Assembly: GCF_006345805.1 (NCBI RefSeq)
Contig: NC_042997.1
Span: 64,666,001 to 64,730,000, forward strand
Direction: 5' to 3'
DNA from: Octopus sinensis
Taxonomy: Eukaryota
DNA: 64,000 nt
The notes beneath the pieces are model-generated. The model did no database searches and was not told the DNA's origin. It was given only the letters and a program-made list of their open reading frames with translations. Within the stretch, counting starts at the first letter, position 1. Each line of letters opens with the position of its first letter. Shown one piece after another: positions 1 to 10,669 of this stretch. Position numbers and translations under genes: made by a program.

Positions 1-359
1 TGACTATGTTCTATGTTTGCCAAAATGGCGAGTAAATCGATTATGTATTTTTTGACCAATTTATATTGCTTTTATGTCCACTGCTACGTCGTTCCTAATA
101 TACATTTAGGAAGATGTACTGTTTGAGGCATTGGTTACAGGAAATCTCAAACTATAAATGGACGGCCGTATTATATTATAATACACTTATACAACTCCAT
201 AAATTGATAATATATCTTATATCGGAAAATAGAATTAATCTAATATAACGATCTCTAGATCTTTATCTTCATGGATACAATCGATCAGTTTTATCCACTA
301 AAACATATACGCGCAACTACTTACACACTCACAGAGAGAGAGAGAGAAACATACGTACG

Positions 360-362
<3 letters not shown>

Positions 363-408
<46 letters not shown>

Positions 409-500
409 TCATACATACATATATATATATATACATATATACATATACATATATATATATATATATTATATATATATATACATATATATATAAATATATA
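363..500. repeat. (TA)n/(TACA)n microsatellite
   Basis: Directly visible. It is one of many such tracts (e.g. 3068-3139, 7598-7671, 15540-15830, 26088-26186, 38295-38425, 46719-46799). Confidence 0.95.
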
Positions 501-684
501 TCTTTTACTCTTTTACTTGTTTCAGTCATTTGACTGCGGCCATGCTGGAGCACCGACTTTAATCGAGCAACTCGACCTTTCCTTATTCTATCGGTCTATT
601 TTGCCGGACCGCTAAGTGATGGGGACATAAACACACAAGCATCGGTTGTCAAGCAATGCTAGACACACAGACACAGACACACAA

Positions 685-735
<51 letters not shown>

Positions 736-900
736 TACGACGGGCTTCTTTCAGTTTCCGTCTACCAAATCCACTCACAAGGCTTTGGTCGGCCCGAGGC
801 TATAGTAGAAGACACTTGCCCAAGATGCCGCGCAGTGGGATTGAACCCGGAACCATATGGTTGGTAAACAAGCTACTTACCACACGGCCACTCTTGCGCC
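501..900 (-). mobile_element. tRNA-derived SINE, family A (CORE-like body, internal microsatellite, AAAAGAGT-type tail)
   Basis: Minus strand reads A/B-box-like head (TGGCCGTGTGGTAAG...GGTTCAATCCC), body CTTGGGCAAGTGTCTTCTACTATAGCC...GAAAGAAGCCCGTCG, a (TA)/(TG) tract, then tail ...GCAGTCAAATGACTGAAACAAGTAAAAGAGTAAAAGA. The same modules recur about 10 times in the window. Confidence 0.85.
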
Positions 901-909
901 TATATATAT

Positions 910-940
<31 letters not shown>

Positions 941-1979
941 GTATACATGTATGTCTTCTTACGCATACATCTTTGTATATGTGTGTGTGTGTATGTAGCA
1001 AACAAGGCTATATTCTAATGTAATCATGTTTATAAGAGTTTTACCTTTATCAGCGTTTTCAAGCTATACCAGCAGCATATTTTAGATGCTGAGTGCTTCC
1101 AGCGTATATTCTGGTTAAACTTTGATCGTTAATGTGTTCCTGCTCTATGTCACTAGTTTTGCAATTGCCACGTGCTACAACACACATCCCTAATGACGTA
1201 GAATTAAAATGCTTTAATGCTCAAGTTCTGTCAGGAAAATCTATACAAATATATGTCTTCAGTTATAAAGGAATAAAGAGCAAAGCCCCCAAAGACTGAT
1301 AAGTATGATGTGATAGTTTGCAATGTAAATAAACTTGAGAAATTTGTTTTTCCGAACGGTTTATACATGTTTCATGTAGATACGATAAAGCGTCCTGTTT
1401 TCAAAATATCTCTAAACGAAATAATGGCATTAACATGTACAATTATATTACACGCAAGCACATGTGTATAAACTGACAAGTAAATGAAAGGAACGCGTGA
1501 CCAAATAAGAACAATTCCTAAACTCATTAAGAGAGTACAAGCGTTCCAAGTGTCCAAGATGACAATCAACGATAAAACTAGTAGTACAACTGAGGTAAGT
1601 ACGACTAGAAACCAGGTATGCGGGAGGATTTTTAATACTAGTTTTTCTTCTAGTCAGGAATTCTCGCGGAAAGTTCACATCCATCACTGTCACAGGTTTA
1701 CAGAGCTGGGACCCTGACAGACACCACTACTCTGGGTAGAGCAGACTTGGAACAAGATTTCCCACGAGCTTGTTCTACACTCCACAAAACTCTGGAACTC
1801 CCGTACCATTACTGGATGCAGTTTGATACCCACTTGCAAGGTATATTCGCATATGCATATGTTCATACTGACCTATATAAGTATGTACACATATGCACAT
1901 AATACACACATGCGCACATACACAAATGTATATGTGTGTGTGTATAATATATCTGTATATATCTGTATATATATATATG

Positions 1980-3050
1980 CAAAATAAGCAACAAGAATGA
2001 CTCCGGTAATTTGGTACGATCGTTTCACTCTCTTTTCTTAATATATAATTAATCTAAGATATTTTTACCTAACTAATTAACTTTTATCCTCAGGTAGTAA
2101 ATTTTATCCGCAATAAATCCTATTTTTTAATTCATTAACATCAACTCACTATCCATGAAATTTGAATAATTTACTCTTCTAAATCACCTCCCCTCATATC
2201 ATAAAATATCACATTCTTCTAAATCTTCATTCTATGATTTTCCCTCTTCAATCTTTCTCATTACATATTTTGACCCATAATACGTTCACTTGATTAATAA
2301 GTCTTTTCCCCCAGTTAATAAGTACTATGCCTACTCATAATAAGTGATAGTCTTTTTCTCCAAATTGAGTAAATTTTAGATTTATATTTTTTCCTTTATT
2401 CGATAGACCAACTGTTGTGTTGATATGCATAGGGTTTGTAAGGTCTTTGCACTCTCTGTGAATGTGATTGTAACCACTTGACATTGACATAGTTCTCCAA
2501 ATGCCGAATCTGTTCATCAAATAGTAGTAATTGGCATTTAGTAGTGACAATGCTGTCTTCCACATAGATTCCTTATATGGAACTCTGAAACCCCCTTTAC
2601 CCCATTTCTATAATTAGAATATCTTTATTGTCTCACTCAACTTATTCTTCCCTCTCACAACATTACAGTAGTTTGGATCAACCAAATATTAGTCAGTCAG
2701 TTGATGGGCCCCACTACCCCAAATGTTCTTAAAATTTAAATCCACATCTTTATCTATATATCTACCTTCTCTATAATGTTGCCACTTGATATGAACATTT
2801 TTGTATTAATGGAAAACCTCTATAATTGGCTGATGAGTACTCGTCATTTTAAATCTGTTGTAATACTTACAACATTTAATAAAATGATGTAGTACGAAAC
2901 GATCGTACCAAATTACCGGAGTCATTCTTGTTGCTTATTTTGATTATAATCACCCCACGGATTTCTATGGATAACACCATACAAAATTCCGGTGCATCTA
3001 AATTAAGTACCATATTCATTTGAATCTAACTTTTTGCTGTATATATATAT
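1980..3050. mobile_element. Penelope-like element remnant with inverted pLTR pieces
   Basis: Perfect 47-bp inverted repeat (1980-2026 vs 2896-2942), a hammerhead ribozyme at 2823-2915, and a degenerate GIY-YIG-like reading on the minus strand between them (weak). Both ends abut (TA)n. Confidence 0.6.
2823..2915 (+). ncRNA. Type I hammerhead ribozyme (copy 1)
   Basis: CTGATGA 2830-2836; stem II 2837-2895 (hairpin closed by G-C); GAAA 2896-2899; palindromic stem III ACGATCGT 2899-2906; GUA cleavage after 2907; stem I TTGG/CCAA. Confidence 0.8.
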
Positions 3051-3063
3051 GTTTATGTATATG

Positions 3064-3142
<79 letters not shown>

Positions 3143-3188
3143 TTATCTATACATGAATATAATACATCTATCTATCTATTGATAGATA

Positions 3189-5112
3189 AGTTTCTTTATT
3201 GGCCACACAGGGCTGCACACAGATGGGACAAGTTACAAGGTAGAGCTTTTCTTTTGGGGGATGAAGAGAACAAAAAACAAAAGAAAAAAGGGGGTGGCGT
3301 AGTTTTCGATCAAGAGGGATCGTAAAAGGGAAGAAAAGAACAAAAAACAAAAAAAATGAATAAAATAAAAAGAATAAAAGAAAATAAAAGAAAAGGAAAA
3401 GGAACAAAAGGAAAGAGAAATGAAAAAAGAAGAAAAAAGGGGAAAAAAGGGGAAGAGGAAAAAAAAGAACGATCAATAGGGATCGTGTATCACAGTGTTA
3501 TGATATATGGTGTAAAGGGGAAAGCAAGTAAGGTTTATCCGTGGGAAGAAAAGCCTACGAAAAAGACCACGGTAACCTTGGTCAATATTGTTATATGTTA
3601 CCACATTTGTTTGCAAGTGGGTAACCCTCTGTTTTCAATTTCTGGGTTCATAGGATTATGCTCAAGGTGGCTTCGTCATTCATACGTGCCATCATTCACC
3701 CATCTTTCACCCATCATTCACCCATCTTTTTTTTAAACATTCGCTAGACAAAACTTGCCTCTCTACTCTCACTTTCCTTTTCAAGTGGTACTTGAAGAAG
3801 TTGATGAGAGATTGACCAGAGAGGAAAGTGTTTGTCTCCAATCCTTTCAGACGCGTCCACCAGATATATTCTTTCGCCATAGCCACAAGGATGATGAAAA
3901 CAGCTCTTCCTTCCCGTTTGAAGGAAGGAGGCGTGACAATATTGACGATAGACTCAGCTGATAAACCGACTCGTCCCACGCGTGACAGCAGTTGTTCGAC
4001 ATAAGCCCACAGGTCGGAAATTCTTGGACACTGCACGAGTGCGTGCAGAACGGTTTCGTCGCTCTGACCGCATCTCGGGCAGGTCGGCCCCGTGTTTCAC
4101 GAGCCGTGTCTGTAGAGCTTATCCCGAACGGGTAGCGCTTCTCGGTAGCACTGCCAGGCCAGGGATCTCTGGAAGTTGTCCATGGGCCCTGGCCCGAAAG
4201 TCATCCTGAACAGGCGGGTCAGGTACTCCTCGTCGACGTCCAGGTTCGCCCCGAGCTCGTCGTCGCACCTCCCCTCCACTAATCCCCTATAGAATGCTTT
4301 GGTTGTATTGAAGTCACTCAAGGTCGACCCGGGACGGCAGAGTTGCTTGAGAGCAACGCGACACTCGCGGTGCCAATCGCCCTTCCTCGGCCTCTTTTTG
4401 ATCCACGACTGCAGTTCGGTCATGGAGAAGAGCTGCGGGAAAGCGTGCCTCACAAACGGCGACCACACCTGTTCACCGTCGTCTACGTAGAGCCAGAGAT
4501 GTCGCAGTCTCAGCGCGTGTCTGCGCATCATCAACCACGGCATGCCCAGCCCTCCTTTTAGCGGGTGTTGACAGCAAATGGATCGCCTGACCATCGGGAC
4601 GCATCCTTTCCACAAGAAGCGAAAGAGAATGCGTTGTAGTTTGGTGATGGTAGGGTCGGGACAAGGTACGACGGTCAGGCGGTAGTAGATGACGGACGCG
4701 ATGTACGTGTTCGCCACCTCCGCCCGACCTTTTAGGGACAGTTTCCTCTCGGCCCATTGCCGGGCGAGAGTGACCACCCTACTCGTTATCTCGTTCCAGT
4801 TCTTCTCCACTTGGAGGTCCGGACCAAACCAGACCCCGAGCAACTCAACCGGGCCGTCGATCCAGCGTCCCACGACGGAGGCGCTGGTGGACGGCATGGG
4901 CTTGCTTCTCCAGGTGCCTAGTCGCAAGCCCACTGACTTTTCCCGGTTGATTTTCGCTCCTGTCACCGCTTCGTAGTTTTTCAGTGTCCCGCCGACCTGC
5001 TCGATGTGCTCGTGGCTAGACACTATGACGGTGACGTCGTCTGCGTATGCAGACACGCTCGTCCCGCATCCCAGTTCTCGCGGGATGCCCCTCAAAGTTG
5101 CCAGCTTCCGCA
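3189..5112 (-). mobile_element. 5'-truncated L1/Tx1-clade non-LTR retrotransposon (RT C-terminal half, CCHC knuckle, 3'UTR)
   Basis: [13 protein letters not shown] motif, [15 protein letters not shown] thumb, then CPRCGQSDETVLHALVQC (CX2CX8HX4C) after one in-frame TGA at 4097-4099. 3' end ...GGCCAATAAAGAAAC. Flanked by the 11-bp direct repeat ATTGATAGATA (3178-3188, 5113-5123). Confidence 0.92.
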
Positions 5113-5138
5113 ATTGATAGATAGATAGACAGACAGGC

Positions 5139-5205
<67 letters not shown>

Positions 5206-5235
5206 TAGACAGACAGACAGAGAGACAGACAGATT

Positions 5236-5275
<40 letters not shown>

Positions 5276-5276
5276 T
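5113..5276. repeat. (GATA)n/(GACA)n array between two LINE insertions
   Basis: Directly visible. It continues at 5820-5846 and is duplicated at 9634-9825 and 10376-10407. Confidence 0.95.
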
Positions 5277-5819
5277 GTTTCTTTATTAGCCACACAGGGC
5301 TGCACACAGATAGAACAAATTACAAGGTAGAGCTTTTCTTTTGGGGGTAAAAAAAAAGAGAGTGGTGGTTTTCGATCAAAAGGGATCGTAAAAGGAAAGA
5401 AAAAGGACAAAAAAAGGGAGGGGTTAAAAAAAGGGGGGGATGAATAATAGGGATCGTTATCACAGAAATGTCAATATGAAGTGTAAAGGGGAGGACAGGT
5501 GAGGTTTACCCGTGGAAAGAAAAGCCTCGGGAAAAGAATACGGTAACCTCGGTCAATGAAGTCACATGTTATATTTCTTTTTTTTTTTGCAATTAAGCAA
5601 CTCTCTGTATTAATTTTTATGGTTCATAGAATCATAGTCAAGGTGGCTTCGTCATTCATACGTGCCATCCTTGCTACAGTCACCCATCTTTTTTTAAAAC
5701 ATTCACTAGACAAAACTTGCCTCTCTACTCTCACTTTCCTCTTCAAGTGATACTTGAAGAAGTTAATGAGAGATTGACCAGAGAGGAAAGTGTTTGTCTC
5801 TAATCCTTTCAGGCGCGTC
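5277..5819 (-). mobile_element. Short 3' fragment of a sister Tx1 subfamily
   Basis: Encodes TRLKGLETNTFLSGQSLINFFKYHLKRKVRVER...ARMNDEATLTMIL*, has a diverged 3'UTR and the same terminus (AGCCCTGTGTGGCTAATAAAGAAAC). (GATA)n lies on both sides. Confidence 0.9.
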
Positions 5820-6109
5820 AGATAGATAGATAGATAGATAGATAGAAATACATTCATATATCTATGTATATTGACCAGCATTGTGAAAACAGTCAAATAT
5901 TTGTGGACGGATGTAAGCATATACCTTCTAGAACAAACTGGGATATTGACAATCAAGGAGAACTAGCGCTGTTGTCCCGCAAAGAAATACAGAACCCATT
6001 GCTATAAATCGTCATAACAGATGAATAGCATTTAACTAACACATTGTTCAATGAGTCAATGAGGCATTGAACAGCTTAAATTGAAATGTACGCTAAGGTA
6101 TAACGAATG

Positions 6110-6780
6110 CAAAATAATAAAAATCAAATTAGTTATTATTACTATATTTTCTTCGATAGAAGATGAGGGAAATAGCAGATAACAAATTCGGATATACATA
6201 TTTTATCTTTATGAAACATTGAGAGCATTCTAAAGAATGTTGTTGGAGTCTAGTTGTGTATAACGTAAAACTGATGTAGCTAAGGGGTATTTGAATATAT
6301 GAGTGAAAAATATTTTAGAGATGTTCCCTCTATAGAAGAAGTAGACAAGTAATTCAAACACCAAATAGGTAATTTATCATAGGAAGTTTAATAGAGCTGT
6401 CCAATGGAAAGACATAGTTATATTTGAATTAGGATTTGACTTGACAGTTTTAAGTAATATTAGGTATGGTGTGTATTTAAAAATACATGACGCACTATTC
6501 TTAGTTAGAAATACATCCAACAGGAAACTTGAACTCTACAAAAATAGACTACACAATTTCTTGAAACTCCAAGGACTATCCATCACTATGGAAAAATATA
6601 ACATCTCTGTGAACTTCCTAGATGTTAACTTTAACCTTCATACATCCTATATCAACCTTTCCATAAACGTAACAATATCACATACATAAACGCCCAAAGT
6701 AACCATCCTTGTAACATTATAAAAATCTGACCACTAACATAGAAAGAAGAATTAATCTATTCTCATCTAACGAATTTTTC
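6110..6780 (+). mobile_element. Penelope-like RT fragment (duplicated part, truncated at the duplication junction)
   Basis: SVNFLDVNFNL motif followed, with a frameshift, by YQPFHKRNNITYINAQSNHP, the Penelope-type RT thumb region. Confidence 0.75.
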
Positions 6781-7353
6781 AATCTTTCTCATTATATATT
6801 TTGACCCATAATACGTTCACTTGATTAATAAGTCTTTTCCCCCAGTTAATAAGTACTATGCCTACTCATAATAAGTGATAGTCTTTTTCTCCAAATTGAG
6901 TAAATTTTAGATTTATATTTTTTCCTTTATTCGATAGACCAACTGTTGTGTTGATATGCATAGGGTTTGTAAGGTCTTTGCACTCTCTGTGAATGTGATT
7001 GTGACCACTTGACATTGACATAGTTCTCCAAATGCCGAATCTGTTCATCAAATAGTAGTAATTGGCATTTAGTAGTGACAATACTGTCTTCCACATAGAT
7101 TCCTTATATGGAACTCTGAAACCCCCTTTACCCCATTTCTATAATTAGAATATCTTTATTGTCTCACTCAACTTATTCTTCCCTCTCACAACATTACAGT
7201 AGTTTGGATCAACCAAATATTAGTCAGTCAGTTGATGGGCCCCACTACCCCAAATGTTCTTAAAATTTAAATCCACATCTTTATCTATATATCTACCTTC
7301 TCTATAATGTTGCCACTTGATATGAACATTTTTGTATTAATGGAAAACCTCTA

Positions 7354-7445
7354 TAATTGGCTGATGAGTACTCGTCATTTTAAATCTGTTGTAATACTTA
7401 CAACATTTAATAAAATGATGTAGTACGAAACGATCGTACCAATTA
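7354..7445 (+). ncRNA. Type I hammerhead ribozyme (copy 2)
   Basis: CTGATGA 7361-7367; same long stem II; GAAA 7427-7430; cleavage after A7438; perfect 7-bp stem I TAATTGG/CCAATTA. Confidence 0.82.
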
Positions 7446-7592
7446 CCGGAGTCATTCTTGTTGCTTATTTTGATTATAATCACCCCACGGATTTCTATGG
7501 ATAACACCATACAAAATTCCGGTGCATCTAATTAAGTACCATATTCATTTGAATCTAACTTTTTGCTGTATATATATATGTTTATGTATATG

Positions 7593-7675
<83 letters not shown>

Positions 7676-7720
7676 TATCTATACATGAATATAATACATC
7701 TATCTATCTATTGATAGATA

Positions 7721-9633
7721 AGTTTCTTTATTGGCCACACAGGGCTGCACACAGATGGGACAAGTTACAAGGTAGAGCTTTTCTTTTGGGGGATGAAGAG
7801 AACAAAAAACAAAAGAAAAAAAGGGGGCGGCGTAGGTTTTCGATCAAGAGGGATCGTAAAAGGGAAGAAAAGGACAAAAACAAAAAAAAATGAATAAAAT
7901 AAAAAGAATAAAAAGAAAATAAAAGAAAAGGAAAAGGAACAAAAGGAAAGAGAAATGAAAAAAGAAGAAAAAAGGGGAAAAAAAGGGGAAGAGGAAAAAA
8001 AGAACGATCAATAGGGATCGTGTATCACAGTGTTATGATATATGGTGTAAAGGGGAAAGCAAGTAAGGTTTATCCGTGGGAAGAAAAGCCTACGAAAAAG
8101 ACCACGGTAACCTTGGTCAATATTGTTATATGTTACCACATTTGTTTGCAAGTGGGTAACCCTCTGTTTTCAATTTCTGGGTTCATAGGATTATGCTCAA
8201 GGTGGCTTCGTCATTCATACGTGCCATCCTTGCTACATTCACCCATCTTTTTTTTAAACATTCGCTAGACAAAACTTGCCTCTCTACTCTCACTTTCCTT
8301 TTCAAGTGGTACTTGAAGAAGTTGATGAGAGATTGACCAGAGAGGAAAGTGTTTGTCTCCAATCCTTTCAGACGCGTCCACCAGATATATTCTTTCGCCA
8401 TAGCCACAAGGATGATGAAAATAGCTCTTCCTTCCCGTTTGAAGGAAGGAGGCGTGACAATATTGACGATAGACTCAGCTGATAAACCGACTCGTCCCAC
8501 GCGTGACAGCAGTTGTTCGACATAAGCCCACAGGTCGGAAATTCTTGGACACTGCACGAGTGCGTGCAGAACGGTTTCGTCGCTCTGACCGCATCTCGGG
8601 CAGGTCGGCCCCGTGTTTCACGAGCCGTGTCTGTAGAGCTTATCCCGAACGGGTAGCGCTTCTCGGTAGCACTGCCAGGCCAGGGATCTCTGGAAGTTGT
8701 CCATGGGCCCTGGCCCGAAAGTCATCCTGAACAGGCGGGTCAGGTACTCCTCGTCGACGTCCAGGTTCGCCCCGAGCTCGTCGTCGTACCTCCCCTCCAC
8801 TAATCCCCTATAGAATGCTTTGGTTGTATTGAAGTCACTCAAGGTCGACCCGGGACGGCAGAGTTGCTTGAGAGCAACGCGACACTCGCGGTGCCAATCG
8901 CCCTTCCTCGGCCTCTTTTTGATCCACGACTGCAGTTCGGTCATGGAGAAGAGCTGCGGGAAAGCGTGCCTCACAAACGGCGACCACACCTGTTCACCGT
9001 CGTCTACGTAGAGCCAGAGATGTCGCAGTCTCAGCGCGTGTCTGCGCATCATCAACCACGGCATGCCCAGCCCTCCTTTTAGCGGGTGTTGACAGCAAAT
9101 GGATCGCCTGACCATCGGGACGCATCCTTTCCACAAGAAGCGAAAGAGAATGCGTTGTAGTTTGGTGATGGTAGGGTCGGGACAAGGTACGACGGTCAGG
9201 CGGTAGTAGATGACGGACGCGATGTACGTGTTCGCCACCTCCGCCCGACCTTTTAGGGACAGTTTCCTCTCGGCCCATTGCCGGGCGAGAGTGACCATCC
9301 TACTCGTTATCTCGTTCCAGTTCTTCTCCACTTGGAGGTCCGGACCAAACCAGACCCCGAGCAACTCAACCGGGCCGTCGATCCAGCGTCCCACGACGGA
9401 GGCGCTGGTGGACGGCATGGGCTTGCTTCTCCAGGTGCCTAGTCGCAAGCCCACTGACTTTTCCCGGTTGATTTTCGCTCCTGTCACCGCTTCGTAGTTT
9501 TTCAGTGTCCCGCCGACCTGCTCGATGTGCTCGTGGCTAGACACTATGACGGTGACGTCGTCTGCGTATGCAGACACGCTCGTCCCGCATCCCAGTTCTC
9601 GCGGGATGCCCCTCAAAGTTGCCAGCTTCCGCA
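7721..9633 (-). mobile_element. Duplicate of the 5'-truncated L1/Tx1 LINE
   Basis: About 483 codons (9631-8183) in one frame with a single internal TGA (8618-8620). TSD ATTGATAGATA at 7710-7720 and 9634-9644. Confidence 0.92.
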
Positions 9634-9659
9634 ATTGATAGATAGATAGACAGACAGGC

Positions 9660-9750
<91 letters not shown>

Positions 9751-9752
9751 TT

Positions 9753-9824
<72 letters not shown>

Positions 9825-9825
9825 T

Positions 9826-10375
9826 GTTTCTTTATTAGCCACACAGGGCTGCACACAGATAGAACAAATTACAAGGTAGAGCTTTTCTTTTGGGGGTAAA
9901 AAAAAAGAGAGTGGTGGTTTTCGATCAAAAGGGATCGTAAAAGGAAAGAAAAAGGACAAAAAAAGGGAGGGGTTTAAAAAAAAGGGGGGGATGAATAATA
10001 GGGATCGTTATCACAGAAATGTCAATATGAAGTGTAAAGGGGAGGACAGATGAGGTTTACCCGTGGAAAGAAAAGCCTCGGGAAAAGAATACGGTAACCT
10101 CGGTCAATGAAGTCACATGTTATATTTCTTTTTTTTTTTTTTTTGCAAATAAGCAACTCTCTGTATTAATTTTTATGGTTCATAGAATCATAGTCAAGGT
10201 GGCTTCGTCATTCATACGTGCCATCCTTGCTACAGTCACCCATCTTTTTTTAAAACATTCACTAGACAAAACTTGCCTCTCTACTCTCACTTTCCTCTTC
10301 ATGTGATACTTGAAGAAGTTAATGAGAGATTGACCAGAGAGGAAAGTGTTTGTCTCTAATCCTTTCAGGCGCGTC
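9826..10375 (-). mobile_element. Duplicate of the short Tx1 3' fragment
   Basis: Matches 5277-5819 and is flanked by (GATA)n. Confidence 0.9.
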
Positions 10376-10406
<31 letters not shown>

Positions 10407-10669
10407 AATACATTCATATATCTATGTATATTGACCAGCATTGTGAAAACAGTCAAATATTTGTGGACGGATGTAAGCATATACCTTCTAGAACAAACTG
10501 GGATATTGACAATCAAGGAGAACTAGCGCGGTTGTCCCGCAAAGAAATACAGAACCCATTGCTATAAATCGTCATAACAGATGAATAGCATTTAACTAAC
10601 ACATTGTTCAATGAGTCAATGAGGCATTGAACAGCTTAAATTGAAATGTACGCTAAGGTATAACGAATG

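Noticed and set aside
271-998. ORFs rich in YI/IY/CV/TH (and dozens like them across the window)
   Set aside because: They are translations of (TA)n, (TG)n, (ATT)n, (GAA)n and (GATA)n tracts, which lack stop codons in some frames.
1995-2095. Minus-strand hammerhead at the left inverted repeat
   Set aside because: GAAACGAUCGUA is present, but no CUGANGA is positioned with pairable stems I and II.
4097-5410. 437-aa ORF as a novel RT fusion protein
   Set aside because: Its N-terminus is the neighbouring LINE 3'UTR plus (TATC)n read in frame by chance. The RT is 5'-truncated at 5112.
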